64,000 nt of DNA from an uncultured virus (IMG/VR IMGVR_UViG_3300014204_000136) (Duplodnaviria; Heunggongvirae; Uroviricota; Caudoviricetes), in IMG/VR virus record IMGVR_UViG_3300014204_000136. One strand, written 5' to 3'. The first letter of the stretch is position 1. The number at the start of each line of letters is the position of its first letter. Both the position numbers and the translations under genes were made by a program. Of this stretch, positions 10,992-19,989 are shown one piece after another. The notes under the pieces are model-generated. The model saw nothing but the letters and a program-made list of their open reading frames with translations, did no database searches and was not told the DNA's origin.

Positions 10992-12102
10992 CTATACCTA
11001 ATTGTTTTAATAATACCTTTAACTCTGATTTATTCTTTATAGTACCATCAAATATTGTACTACTTAAAGTTTCAATTCTAACTCGATGATTAGTGAACCA
11101 ATATCTTAATTTATAATCGACATTACCACCACTTAAATATTGTATAGGTTTAATAAAAGAATAACCATAGTTTTCAGACATCCCTCTATCCTCAACATTC
11201 TTCCAGCCTAATGATTCTATATCTTCTTTATCTAAGTATTTAACCCTAAAGAACTGTTTATTATTTTCGTAATTTATAAAGTAATCATGGGGAATATTAA
11301 TATCAACAGAATCTGTTGTATCAAAAACTTTCTTCTCCCAGTATCCTTGATCAACTAATTTTGGTAAACACTCTTCATTATCCCAGTTTTCTATTAACCA
11401 ATACTTCTCACCATTAGTACTACTTATTTCATAACATCTTTCATATTCAAATCCTACATGGAATTCCTCAATAGTAGGAGTATAATATTTAGTATCTTCT
11501 TTTGGTTGCCACGATTCTTCTAATACAACCTCCTGTACATTGCCAGTTGGACTTGCTATCTTTTGTGGTTTAGTCAATAATTCATTTACAAAATTTTCTA
11601 GTTCTTCACAATTAAGACTCTTAAAATCTACGTCTTTCCCACCAGTTATTTGTTCTAATAAACCTGCGTGTTCTTTCATATACGTTTCCAAATTATGTTT
11701 AGTGATTGCAATTGCATTGTCATACATAGGATAATCAACTGGTTTAGTACCATTTACCTTAATGGGTTCGCCATTAGTGATTATTACTTTATCTTCCATA
11801 TTAACTAATTTTTTTATATAATCATCACCAATCTCACTAGATATTAAATACAAACCATTTTCCATTGTAGATTCAAGTATTAATTTTTCTTCGGCAAGTT
11901 TAGTATCTATATCTTCTTTTGAGTTACCAAGATATTCACACATAGTTTTAGTTAAAGCAAGATGTGCTTGAATAGCTCCATCCTTACAAGTATACATTTT
12001 AAATATACGTGTTTTTTCTTTCATATTACTAAGTATTCTCTGTATACTTCCTTCCAGATCATAAACCTGAAATGGTGATAATTTTTCCTTACTTTCTATC
12101 AT
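10984..12102 (-). CDS. mosaic hypothetical phage protein (likely start MIESKEK at 12102)
   Basis: C-half YYTPTIEEFHVGFEYE...RVKYLDKEDIESLGW resembles a common phage family; start placed just after the upstream stop. Confidence 0.55.
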   Translation of the reverse strand: MIESKEKLSPFQVYDLEGSIQRILSNMKEKTRIFKMYTCKDGAIQAHLALTKTMCEYLGNSKEDIDTKLAEEKLILESTMENGLYLISSEIGDDYIKKLVNMEDKVIITNGEPIKVNGTKPVDYPMYDNAIAITKHNLETYMKEHAGLLEQITGGKDVDFKSLNCEELENFVNELLTKPQKIASPTGNVQEVVLEESWQPKEDTKYYTPTIEEFHVGFEYERCYEISSTNGEKYWLIENWDNEECLPKLVDQGYWEKKVFDTTDSVDINIPHDYFINYENNKQFFRVKYLDKEDIESLGWKNVEDRGMSENYGYSFIKPIQYLSGGNVDYKLRYWFTNHRVRIETLSSTIFDGTIKNKSELKVLLKQLGIDD

Positions 12103-12103
12103 A

Positions 12104-12478
12104 TTAACTAATTTTTTCTTCACGTGATGCAAATGGCATTTCCTCAAACCTTATTGCCTCAATATTATCTATACCAGATATTATCGCTTTTACAACTCTA
12201 TGCCAACCATCACATATACAACCTTGATCATCAATTAATATAGGAATAGATAAGTCTGAATCCAGCACCCTTTTCATGTGATAAGTAATATCTTTCATAT
12301 TCTCAATATGCCACATCAACTTACTTAAGTCAATACCTTGTAGATCAAGAGTAAATGTTTTATATCCTTTCTCTTTAGCAAATTGAATTAGATTAGGTAC
12401 ATCATAATGAAACTTTGTATCATTATAAATCCTAGTATATTCGTGATCCGATAATTCTAATTTCTTAAAGTTTATCAT
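12104..12478 (-). CDS. ParB/Sulfiredoxin-like domain protein
   Basis: PILIDDQGCICDGWHRVVKA matches the ParB N-terminal DGxHR motif. Confidence 0.75.
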   Translation of the reverse strand: MINFKKLELSDHEYTRIYNDTKFHYDVPNLIQFAKEKGYKTFTLDLQGIDLSKLMWHIENMKDITYHMKRVLDSDLSIPILIDDQGCICDGWHRVVKAIISGIDNIEAIRFEEMPFASREEKIS

Positions 12479-12854
12479 CTACTTTAGGTTTATTAAGGTC
12501 TAACACAAAGTTAAGATTAATCTTATTATCCTTCCCGATTATAGGTTTCATTAGTTCTGGTATTAAATACCGACCATCATTTGATTGCTCTAATATACCT
12601 ATAGATAAGAACTTTTTGGCAGACCTTGTTAGATTAGCTTTAGTAATATTAGCAGACTTCATTATAAGCCTGCGATTGTCTGTGGACATTAAGTTCTTTA
12701 AATCACCATCCATTTTGGGTTGCCACTGAAGATCCAATTTGACGATCACACTATATACGTCTATTTCTCTTGGAGTCAGTTGGAGCAACCCATTTAGGAC
12801 AGTAATGTAAACTCGAACAAAATTATCCTTCGTTACGAATTTCCTCAGGTACAT
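12465..12854 (-). CDS. winged-helix DNA-binding protein (RepL-like)
   Basis: LTPREIDV...ITKANLTRSAKKFLSIGIL HTH plus wing. Confidence 0.55.
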   Translation of the reverse strand: MYLRKFVTKDNFVRVYITVLNGLLQLTPREIDVYSVIVKLDLQWQPKMDGDLKNLMSTDNRRLIMKSANITKANLTRSAKKFLSIGILEQSNDGRYLIPELMKPIIGKDNKINLNFVLDLNKPKVDDKL

Positions 12855-13185
12855 TATCTGCTTCTGGTTTAATTATTTCTGTTACTTCTTCAACTACAGG
12901 TTCCCCTACTAATACTGGTGAACCATCTTCACTAGCCTCTTTAACACGAGCCAGGTTTAAATGAATTTCTGTCTTACAGTTAGGACAAATTATAGATATA
13001 TCATTGTCTTCTGAAATATAAAGGCTGATTGCATTCATACCATCGGGCATGTCGACTGTTTCAATAACACCATCATAACCACATGAACACCTTAGTGATA
13101 ATGTATATTTACTTGTTACTGGTTTTACTTCAGCTCCGTACCTAGTGTCGTCTGCTAACTGTTTTGCTTTCTTTACTTTTTTCAT
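12823..13185 (-). CDS. hypothetical Zn-ribbon protein
   Basis: CSC and CPNC motifs. Confidence 0.5.
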   Translation of the reverse strand: MKKVKKAKQLADDTRYGAEVKPVTSKYTLSLRCSCGYDGVIETVDMPDGMNAISLYISEDNDISIICPNCKTEIHLNLARVKEASEDGSPVLVGEPVVEEVTEIIKPEADNVPEEIRNEG

Positions 13186-13250
13186 TACTTACTTCCCTTT
13201 TTAGTTGGTTTCTTTTTGCCACCTGTTTTCTTACCACCACCACATGCCAT
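13185..13250 (-). CDS. 21-aa basic peptide MACGGGKKTGGKKKPTKKGSK
   Basis: ATG 13250; TAA overlaps the next ATG (TAATG coupling); not in ORF track. Confidence 0.6.
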   Translation of the reverse strand: MACGGGKKTGGKKKPTKKGSK

Positions 13251-13254
13251 AACT

Positions 13255-13404
13255 TTATGCTTTAATTTGTTCAACTTTTAAACCATCTGTTGGTGTATCA
13301 AGTTTACTAAGTAACCATAGTAAAAACTTACGTACGTACTTAGGTGTAAATACACCTGCTAAATACAAGGCAACTAACCCTGCTATTTCCAATGCTATAA
13401 TCAT
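13255..13404 (-). CDS. 49-aa small membrane protein
   Basis: MIIALEIAGLVALYLAGVFTPKYVRKFLLWLL...; ATG overlaps the upstream TAA; not in ORF track. Confidence 0.5.
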   Translation of the reverse strand: MIIALEIAGLVALYLAGVFTPKYVRKFLLWLLSKLDTPTDGLKVEQIKA

Positions 13405-13631
13405 TATTTTATTATTACTTTTACTTTATCAAAATCTTTTTTATTATCTTTAGCCCATGCTACCATAAAACTAGAACCACAAGCCAAACATAAGTCAACT
13501 TCTTTACTAGTATCTGGTGATATATTCCTTGTGGGATTTGGTGCACCACAAACCATACATTCCCCAGCATCATACTGACCAAACCATATCTCTTTACCAC
13601 CTATAGGTAATGTAAAACCATGACTAGCCAT
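13404..13631 (-). CDS. small Zn-finger protein
   Basis: CMVC...CLAC. Confidence 0.55.
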   Translation of the reverse strand: MASHGFTLPIGGKEIWFGQYDAGECMVCGAPNPTRNISPDTSKEVDLCLACGSSFMVAWAKDNKKDFDKVKVIIK

Positions 13632-13634
13632 AAC

Positions 13635-13724
13635 CTATAAGTCTGAATATAAATAAACAAGTTGATTATCAATTATCATTGGAACCAACTCTTCATCAAC
13701 TAACATAAATACATCATCAGTCAT
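13635..13724 (-). CDS. 29-aa acidic peptide
   Basis: MTDDVFMLVDEELVPMIIDNQLVYLYSDL*, first ORF after the 13746-13772 promoter. Confidence 0.35.
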   Translation of the reverse strand: MTDDVFMLVDEELVPMIIDNQLVYLYSDL

Positions 13725-13745
13725 AATAACAACGTTTTTAGTATA

Positions 13746-13772
13746 TACGTATAATGATAACAAAAGGTTTCA
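13746..13772 (-). promoter_or_regulatory. ECF-sigma-type promoter TGAAAC-N17-CGTA
   Basis: minus strand TGAAACcttttgttatcattataCGTA, right after a terminator. Confidence 0.6.
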
Positions 13773-13783
13773 CGTACAGGCAT

Positions 13784-13808
13784 AAAAAAAGGTAACCGAA
13801 GCTACCTT
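13784..13808 (-). terminator. intrinsic terminator
   Basis: minus strand AAGGTAGC-TTCG-GTTACCTT then T-run. Confidence 0.65.
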
Positions 13809-13828
13809 AATTTATTTTGTTAAAATCT

Positions 13829-14167
13829 TTATCTAAGTAAATGACATGTACCTGATTGTTCACATATCCAATATATGGCATCTTCTGGATTATCAAATAA
13901 TTGATTTGCTGTATACCAAAAACCATATCTTATATTCTTATTATCCTCATCAATATCTATACTTAATTTATATTGACAGATCTCTAAATCCTTCCTTTCA
14001 GTACTATCCTCATCAGTAGGAATTTCATCACCATCTGTTATGTCATAGACATAACCTTTCTCAGTACTAATTAAATAGTTCTTTATCTTTACGACCCTAC
14101 CTTTGCATAAACCCCAATTAGTAAATACAAAGAAAGCGTCACCTAATTCTATTTTTCTTTCTTCCAT
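13829..14167 (-). CDS. hypothetical protein
   Basis: 112 aa ORF followed by a terminator. Confidence 0.55.
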   Translation of the reverse strand: MEERKIELGDAFFVFTNWGLCKGRVVKIKNYLISTEKGYVYDITDGDEIPTDEDSTERKDLEICQYKLSIDIDEDNKNIRYGFWYTANQLFDNPEDAIYWICEQSGTCHLLR

Positions 14168-14459
14168 ATCATTATATTTATATATTAAACACTATATCAT
14201 TATCTATATTTCTCATATCTTCTATAATAGAATCTATAAGAGATTTACCAGATAATACTTTGACTATTGCTTCCTTACCGTCATTAGAAAGCAACCATAT
14301 TTCAAGGTCCCTTAAGTCCTTATCCATACTATGATTGTGTTACATATTTAATAACAAGACATAGTATGCCCACAGATGCTGGCACAGCAAAAATAAGTAC
14401 CCAGTCTTTTATGTTCTCTACAGTTACTTTATTCATATTTATACAGTATAAATTAAAAA

Positions 14460-14730
14460 CAACCTTCCCCCTAAGCGAGGAACTGTATCACGCTTTCACA
14501 CTTTAATAAGTAACTTCATATTGCCCGTACGTCAGGATATTTGATCAACCCTTTACACCCATTCTCTTCATTTTGATACGTGTACCCGAAGAGACACAAT
14601 ATTTATATACTTACTTTTTACTGCCTATCGGGGAACCTTATTATTATTTATAACTACTAACCCGACTTCTGAACCACTACTTGCTTTCACACCCTCGTGG
14701 TTGATATGTGAACACGACTTCACATGACAT
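14460..14730 (-). ncRNA. candidate structured late ncRNA or long leader (~270 nt)
   Basis: no substantial ORF, GC-enriched; helices ATGTGAA/TTCACAT, AACCAC/GTGGTT, TCGGG/CCCGA, TCTCTTC/GAAGAGA, ATCAACC/GGTTGAT; starts just after a promoter. Confidence 0.55.
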
Positions 14731-14736
14731 TAACTA

Positions 14737-14763
14737 TACGAACATAATAGTATAAAGGTTTCA
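14737..14763 (-). promoter_or_regulatory. ECF-sigma-type promoter TGAAAC-N17-CGTA
   Basis: minus strand TGAAACctttatactattatgttCGTA, right after a terminator. Confidence 0.6.
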
Positions 14764-14771
14764 CTAAAATG

Positions 14772-14802
14772 AAAAAGGGGATCAAATTTCTTTGTCCCCT
14801 TA
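14772..14802 (-). terminator. intrinsic terminator
   Basis: minus strand AAGGGGA...TCCCCC followed by TTTTT. Confidence 0.6.
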
Positions 14803-14821
14803 ATAGCTTTTCTGATTATCG

Positions 14822-15181
14822 TTAATCCTTAGATGGATATAATTTAACACATGGTACATGTAGCTCATTAGCCAGATCAACAATGGTTGGAGCAGGTTTC
14901 TCCTTCTCAAATAAAATACTACCAGTATATAAGGACCAAGTCATTGGATAATAATATTTGTCTGTGAGTTTTATATCCTTATCCTTAATCTCATACCCAT
15001 TAGATAAAAACCTATTAACAATCCGTTCATATTCACCAGCGGTTATATAATCAAATGTCTTAAGTACTAACTTCTCTGTAAACTCATTACTCTTTATATA
15101 AGGTACATCCATTGGTTCACATTTACATACATCACAATTAGCCTCTGATGTATCCTTTACTTTTGACTTAAACCATTTCAT
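14822..15181 (-). CDS. hypothetical protein
   Basis: 119 aa ORF. Confidence 0.5.
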   Translation of the reverse strand: MKWFKSKVKDTSEANCDVCKCEPMDVPYIKSNEFTEKLVLKTFDYITAGEYERIVNRFLSNGYEIKDKDIKLTDKYYYPMTWSLYTGSILFEKEKPAPTIVDLANELHVPCVKLYPSKD

Positions 15182-15183
15182 AA

Positions 15184-15552
15184 TTATACCTTTTTTATAT
15201 TAGTACCACCCTGCACTACCCCATGTATATCACTACGCCATACCCAATACATATCCTTATACAGGTCCATCTTCTTTGCATTCCTAAAGTCTAATACTAC
15301 CTTATCCCCTACTATATAGTAGTTCTCTTTATCACTAACACCAACAATCTCCACTATCTGATATGCATATGGTATATCAACCTCTTCAATCTTAGTTACC
15401 ATATCATCCTTCATAGGATCTAGACCAGCACTTGCTACCTGATCAACAATACGCTGTGACTGTTTAAACGTCACAAACTTCTTTATCTTTATAATCACCC
15501 TATTTTCACTAGGGGTAAAGTTCAATTCTTTGTATCTATAGTTTTCTTTCAT
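15184..15552 (-). CDS. GroES-like co-chaperonin
   Basis: FTPSENRVIIK, EIVGVS, IVGDKVVL, RSDIHGVV follow the GroES pattern with a long mobile loop. Confidence 0.55.
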   Translation of the reverse strand: MKENYRYKELNFTPSENRVIIKIKKFVTFKQSQRIVDQVASAGLDPMKDDMVTKIEEVDIPYAYQIVEIVGVSDKENYYIVGDKVVLDFRNAKKMDLYKDMYWVWRSDIHGVVQGGTNIKKV

Positions 15553-15583
15553 AACTAGTTACTTATTTAAATAATACTATATA

Positions 15584-15609
15584 TACGTATATATTGATCA
15601 AAAGTTACT
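15584..15609 (-). promoter_or_regulatory. ECF-type promoter variant AGTAAC-N16-CGTA at the head of the leftward late arm
   Basis: about 30 nt upstream of the first leftward gene. Confidence 0.45.
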
Positions 15610-15777
15610 GTTTTATGTATATAAATGACCCCATACCTTAATATATATACAAGTAGCCCCCCATATAAAATTGTGGATATATTACGATATCGAGACCACC
15701 TAAGAAACCACCCCCGGGCTATATCGGCAGAGGGAAGACCCCATATGGGGAGGAAGTATCGCCTCTGAATTACAGTC

Positions 15778-15966
15778 ATGGCAAATTCAGTTAAACGGAC
15801 TCTGTCCAAGAAGATCTCCGGAAAAAAGGGAGATCGTGAGTGGTTTATGCTCGTATTTGAAACAGAACTCATATCAGGTGAGTTATATCCTGATAAGACT
15901 ATGTTCGTAGGTAGGGCAACATTTGATGCACTGAATGAGGGTGATATCGTGCCTATACATGATTAA
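15778..15966 (+). CDS. first rightward (early) small protein
   Basis: 62 aa, followed by a terminator. Confidence 0.55.
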   Translation: MANSVKRTLSKKISGKKGDREWFMLVFETELISGELYPDKTMFVGRATFDALNEGDIVPIHD

Positions 15967-15986
15967 GTGGCTCTGCCACTTTTTTT
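15965..15986 (+). terminator. intrinsic terminator
   Basis: AAGTGGC-TCT-GCCACTT then T-run. Confidence 0.65.
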
Positions 15987-16252
15987 GACATTTAACTATA
16001 AATAGCCAATATCATGGAAGCATACATATTTCCTATGACTGATCATCTTGAATGGTTAGTAAAGACCATAATATACTCTCATACTCTAATTGAACAACCA
16101 TTGTTCTTCAAATGTATCCCAGATGACATACCAATAAGTTATAATTAAAGGATAATCAATCATGAGAAATCATAAATCAACTATTCAATTCATATTGTTA
16201 ATGACAGTAATGACCTCATGTGATACAGTATTAATTCAAATACCATAAACTC

Positions 16253-16498
16253 ATGCCTGTAATAGCTAAAATACAAGACAAAACTCCACCAAAGGAAGAG
16301 ATACACTTCCCTTGCGTAATGATAAGTAAGGATAGAACAACCATTCTCTTAGTTAAAGAGAAAAGTGAAGATGGATATGAAGGAACAAGTTTATACGATG
16401 GGACCTTTACAATAGGTATAGGTTACCATTCAAAAACATGGGAAGAAAGCCTATTCTCACCATTCTTCGGTTCAATCACTCTATTAAACGGAAAATAA
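16253..16498 (+). CDS. hypothetical early protein
   Basis: 81 aa ORF. Confidence 0.5.
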   Translation: MPVIAKIQDKTPPKEEIHFPCVMISKDRTTILLVKEKSEDGYEGTSLYDGTFTIGIGYHSKTWEESLFSPFFGSITLLNGK

Positions 16499-16794
16499 TG
16501 GTTAAACGAATCAAACTCAAAGAGAGTCATGTGACCAAGGCTAAACAGCTAAGGATATACATGTTGTTAATGAAAATGATTGAGGGCAATATAAGAGCAA
16601 GATACTCATATTATATGAACTCACAAAAATTCATTGACCAGTATAATAAACATATTCTCATGCTAAACAATAAATCTTGGCATGGAATGATTCTGATAAC
16701 ATTTTTATGGGGTTCTATAAATGAAAATGAAGAATATTCAAATAAAGATGAAAACGAAAAATGGCATAAAATAGCCACTCATTTCTCAAAATAA
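16498..16794 (+). CDS. hypothetical early protein (likely start MVKRIK)
   Basis: TAATG coupling at 16498. Confidence 0.45.
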   Translation: MVKRIKLKESHVTKAKQLRIYMLLMKMIEGNIRARYSYYMNSQKFIDQYNKHILMLNNKSWHGMILITFLWGSINENEEYSNKDENEKWHKIATHFSK

Positions 16795-17480
16795 TATTAA
16801 AAGGAAATTGAGTCCTTGCACTTATAGTCCAGGCATTAGGTCAAATCCGATTTTATATTAGGACGCAGCCGGATAAAAAAAGTCTGCAAGGACTCTTCAC
16901 ATAGTTCATGTCGATAGCACAGTAAAATGTTTACTAGGGCATGAATGGAATAGTATGATCATTGATCCTTTGAAACGTCTAATGACGAATCTGTAATCCA
17001 TGGCACAATATGCTTACCGAGAAGATAAGTGCTTGTAAAAATAATCCATATCATTGTAATGGAGGATAAATCATGGTGGCAGGACATCAATGAGTCGGAG
17101 TGTAGCACAGAAGGCTTTGCTTAATGTGTCACGAAGGGGAGATCATACTATTTTTACATCAAAACCAATAAAACTAAAGGATATGAAGAAATCAACATTA
17201 TTCACCGCAGCAGTAATAATAGGCTGCATAGTTATGGGTGCAATTATATATTGCAATCCCATGTAACCAGAATATGAATCAAAAACCTCAGAGCGTATGA
17301 ATCCACCGGGTAATTTGGTTTAATAAAGAATAATTGAACCAAAACAACAATGTAAATGAAGAGGGCACTACAGATAATACATACATATCGTGGTGTCCTC
17401 TATTTTATTGATGCTAAGGTCATAGTACGTGCAATCCGTATGTAAACCGTTCAAGTCAATAAATTAAAAAAAAAGGATAA

Positions 17481-17996
17481 ATGAAAAAGAAACTAACATG
17501 GAGTACAGTCATAGGACTAATACTCCTATTCATGTCACTTATTTGCTTTGGTAAAATGGTAGCAGATACTCAATTATCAGATGCATATGACTACTACATT
17601 CTGAACTACGAAAGATTACCAGATCTTCAGAATCCAATGTCTCCTTATCTAATATCTGCTATAGTATTTATAATACTTGGTAGTGTATTAGTTATAACTG
17701 GCACAAATGAAGCAGAAAAATCATACATCACACCAATTCTCTTAACAAAAGAAGAAATGGAAGAACTACTAACACAGGATGAGTTCTTAAGTAGTGAACC
17801 ATATGTAATAGGCTTCTTTGAAAAAGCAAGGAATTCAATTGGATATATAAGATGCTACAAATTCTTTCATAATTATGATGAAGCTGACATATGGCACAGA
17901 AAATGGATGAGAGAAAATCCACAATTACCAAGTAAATTCTGGATAAATCATACCTTACTAATAAGGGATGAGGAATTTGAAAATATAGAAGGATAA
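17481..17996 (+). CDS. membrane protein with two TM helices
   Basis: hydrophobic segments at about aa 6-24 and 57-72. Confidence 0.55.
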   Translation: MKKKLTWSTVIGLILLFMSLICFGKMVADTQLSDAYDYYILNYERLPDLQNPMSPYLISAIVFIILGSVLVITGTNEAEKSYITPILLTKEEMEELLTQDEFLSSEPYVIGFFEKARNSIGYIRCYKFFHNYDEADIWHRKWMRENPQLPSKFWINHTLLIRDEEFENIEG

Positions 17997-18174
17997 TACA
18001 TACCCTAAATGGGTCAAATAAAATAAATCGAGTGAGTGGTTGTGGTTCTCATATTCAGTATGAATTTCAGGCATCGCTACTTACATGGCTCGCTCATATC
18101 CAAGCCACTCACTCTTTTTTCTTATCAATCAATCGAAAGTAAACAAAGTAAACAAGTAACAAATTATTATCATC

Positions 18175-18888
18175 ATGACAGAAAAATTAACAAGATCCAT
18201 CTACAACGTAATAGTTGTAGGAGAGTTTGTAAAGAACTCGCAAGGGAAAGAAGAATTAAAAGATGGTAAGCCTATAATTGAAAACAATTATATAGGTCAC
18301 AATGATCCACCAGAAGGATTTCTGGATGTGTGGCCAGATGGCACAAACCATTACTGGTGCAGGATAGTAAAACCAATGGAAACCCGTGGTGGCAGAAAAA
18401 CACTGTCCGGTTCAACAGCCCCTATTACATGGCTGATCAGTGAAAAAGGACAAAGTATCGTGTTTAATGCCATAAAAGATGCAATTGAAGCTGGTGAATT
18501 CACACCTGCCCCTGGATTTGCAAGCAATGCAAAAGAAATCTTACTTAAACTTGATGTTGAAGGTGCAGCATTCACATTTGATACTCCACCACATCAAATC
18601 AGGAGAAGAGTAAATGGAAAAAGAATACTTGTACCAGGTAAAAGCATTGATCCCGCAACAGGAAAAATGGTAGAAGCACCAAACTGGGTAAGAAAAGAAA
18701 CAATATTCTTATTCAGTGACGAATGTGATAACCCTGATGTATTTGCAGATGCAAGAATCAGGCGAATCAGAAAAGATAAAGAAGCTCTTTTCAATCCTGA
18801 AGATGCAATACCAGCTGATGGAGATTCATCAAAAGATCCTATTGAAATGGATCAGACAGACAAACCACCCGTAGCACCAACAAAGTAA
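18175..18888 (+). CDS. hypothetical early protein
   Basis: 237 aa with A-rich leader. Confidence 0.65.
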   Translation: MTEKLTRSIYNVIVVGEFVKNSQGKEELKDGKPIIENNYIGHNDPPEGFLDVWPDGTNHYWCRIVKPMETRGGRKTLSGSTAPITWLISEKGQSIVFNAIKDAIEAGEFTPAPGFASNAKEILLKLDVEGAAFTFDTPPHQIRRRVNGKRILVPGKSIDPATGKMVEAPNWVRKETIFLFSDECDNPDVFADARIRRIRKDKEALFNPEDAIPADGDSSKDPIEMDQTDKPPVAPTK

Positions 18889-18897
18889 CTATGGAAC

Positions 18898-18966
18898 GGG
18901 CCGATAATCAAAACCGAAAGCGGAACCACTTTTAGTGGTATGAAGGTGCCAAACCCTTCCGGCCTA
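18898..18966 (+). ncRNA. degenerate tRNA-like RNA (possible UUU anticodon loop)
   Basis: GGGCCG/CGGCCT acceptor-like stem, ACCA-CTTTTAG-TGGT arm, GAAGG-TGCCAAAC-CCTTC arm; 4 nt before the next tRNA-like gene. Confidence 0.35.
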
Positions 18967-18970
18967 CTAC

Positions 18971-19056
18971 GAACTTATAGCTCAGCACGGTAGAGTGCAT
19001 AACCACATCCTCGGGAGACAGTTATGAGGTCATGGGTTCAAATCCCATTAAGTTCA
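18971..19056 (+). tRNA. tRNA-like gene with expanded anticodon arm (identity undetermined)
   Basis: acceptor GAACTTA/TAAGTTC, D-arm GCTC/GAGT, T-arm ATGGG-TTCAAAT-CCCAT; anticodon stem CATAA/TTATG encloses 19 nt. Confidence 0.7.
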
Positions 19057-19218
19057 CAAACTCATTCTTTTTTTTTTCACGGAGAGTCAATTGCAAGTAA
19101 CATACATTTAACGCCATTGACTGTATTTTTTATTGGTTTAATGACTCTCCGTGTTTTTTTACTTTTAAGTCCCTAATTTACAAACAACACATCTCTAATA
19201 GTCAAACAAATACATAAG

Positions 19219-19755
19219 ATGTTCAAAGAAAATAATGCATTACCAAGAGGATGTATGCATATGTTATGGCAAAAAGCAATCTATGCTATTATCCTATTAC
19301 TAATTACAGCTTGTGCTGTATTTGGACAACCTAATGTTAAACCAATATACCCTAATGCTATATCCATAGCAATAACACCAGAAGATAAAGGTATTGGTTT
19401 AAGATACGATCGATTCTTCAGTAATAATTACATTGGTATTGGTATATATAATACTACTACATATGGTAACTATAAACTACCAAATGAAGGACATATATAC
19501 AATCATGTACGTAATGTAATTGGCATATCTATGAGAATGTTTGGTAATTCATATGATCATACTTGTATTAATTTTGGTACAGTATATCATTATTATGGTT
19601 ACGCTGATTATGTAAAAGGTACATTAAATGAAGATGTATTTTTTCCATTATCATTAGAAATAGGTGTGCAAGGAGTTATTAAAAGAGTTAACTTTGGTTT
19701 TGGTATTGATCTACTGAAATCAGATGGATATGTTGTAATAGGTACATTATTCTAA
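19219..19755 (+). CDS. secreted outer-membrane beta-barrel-like protein
   Basis: signal-peptide-like AIYAIILLLITACAVFG, alternating beta-strands rich in G/Y, C-terminal Phe; true start may be ~19261. Confidence 0.5.
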   Translation: MFKENNALPRGCMHMLWQKAIYAIILLLITACAVFGQPNVKPIYPNAISIAITPEDKGIGLRYDRFFSNNYIGIGIYNTTTYGNYKLPNEGHIYNHVRNVIGISMRMFGNSYDHTCINFGTVYHYYGYADYVKGTLNEDVFFPLSLEIGVQGVIKRVNFGFGIDLLKSDGYVVIGTLF

Positions 19756-19766
19756 ATCAAAATACA

Positions 19767-19988
19767 ATGAAAGAACTAACAATTGAACAGAAAAAAGAAA
19801 TTTTACTAAAAGACAAAATAGTAAAATTAATATACAAAAAAACAGCTAAACAAATGGGCTACTCTGAATATATTAATTACAGAGGTAATGCCTTAGGTAA
19901 AGTTGTTACTGTAATTTGTAACTGTGATTTAGGATTCTGTGTAAAAGAATTCGATTACGTTCTTGATTACAAATTAATCGAAAAGTAA
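19767..19988 (+). CDS. hypothetical protein
   Basis: 73 aa ORF. Confidence 0.5.
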   Translation: MKELTIEQKKEILLKDKIVKLIYKKTAKQMGYSEYINYRGNALGKVVTVICNCDLGFCVKEFDYVLDYKLIEK

Positions 19989-19989
19989 T

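Noticed and set aside
15567..15872. 101-aa minus-strand ORF
   Set aside because: Spans the divergent regulatory region and overlaps a better-supported + strand gene
16838..16872. c-di-GMP-I riboswitch (GGTCAAATCC...GGACGCAGCC)
   Set aside because: Only partial resemblance; no GNRA tetraloop or receptor stem
18036..18269. 77-aa ORF
   Set aside because: Starts inside an RNA stem and overlaps the 18175-18888 gene in another frame
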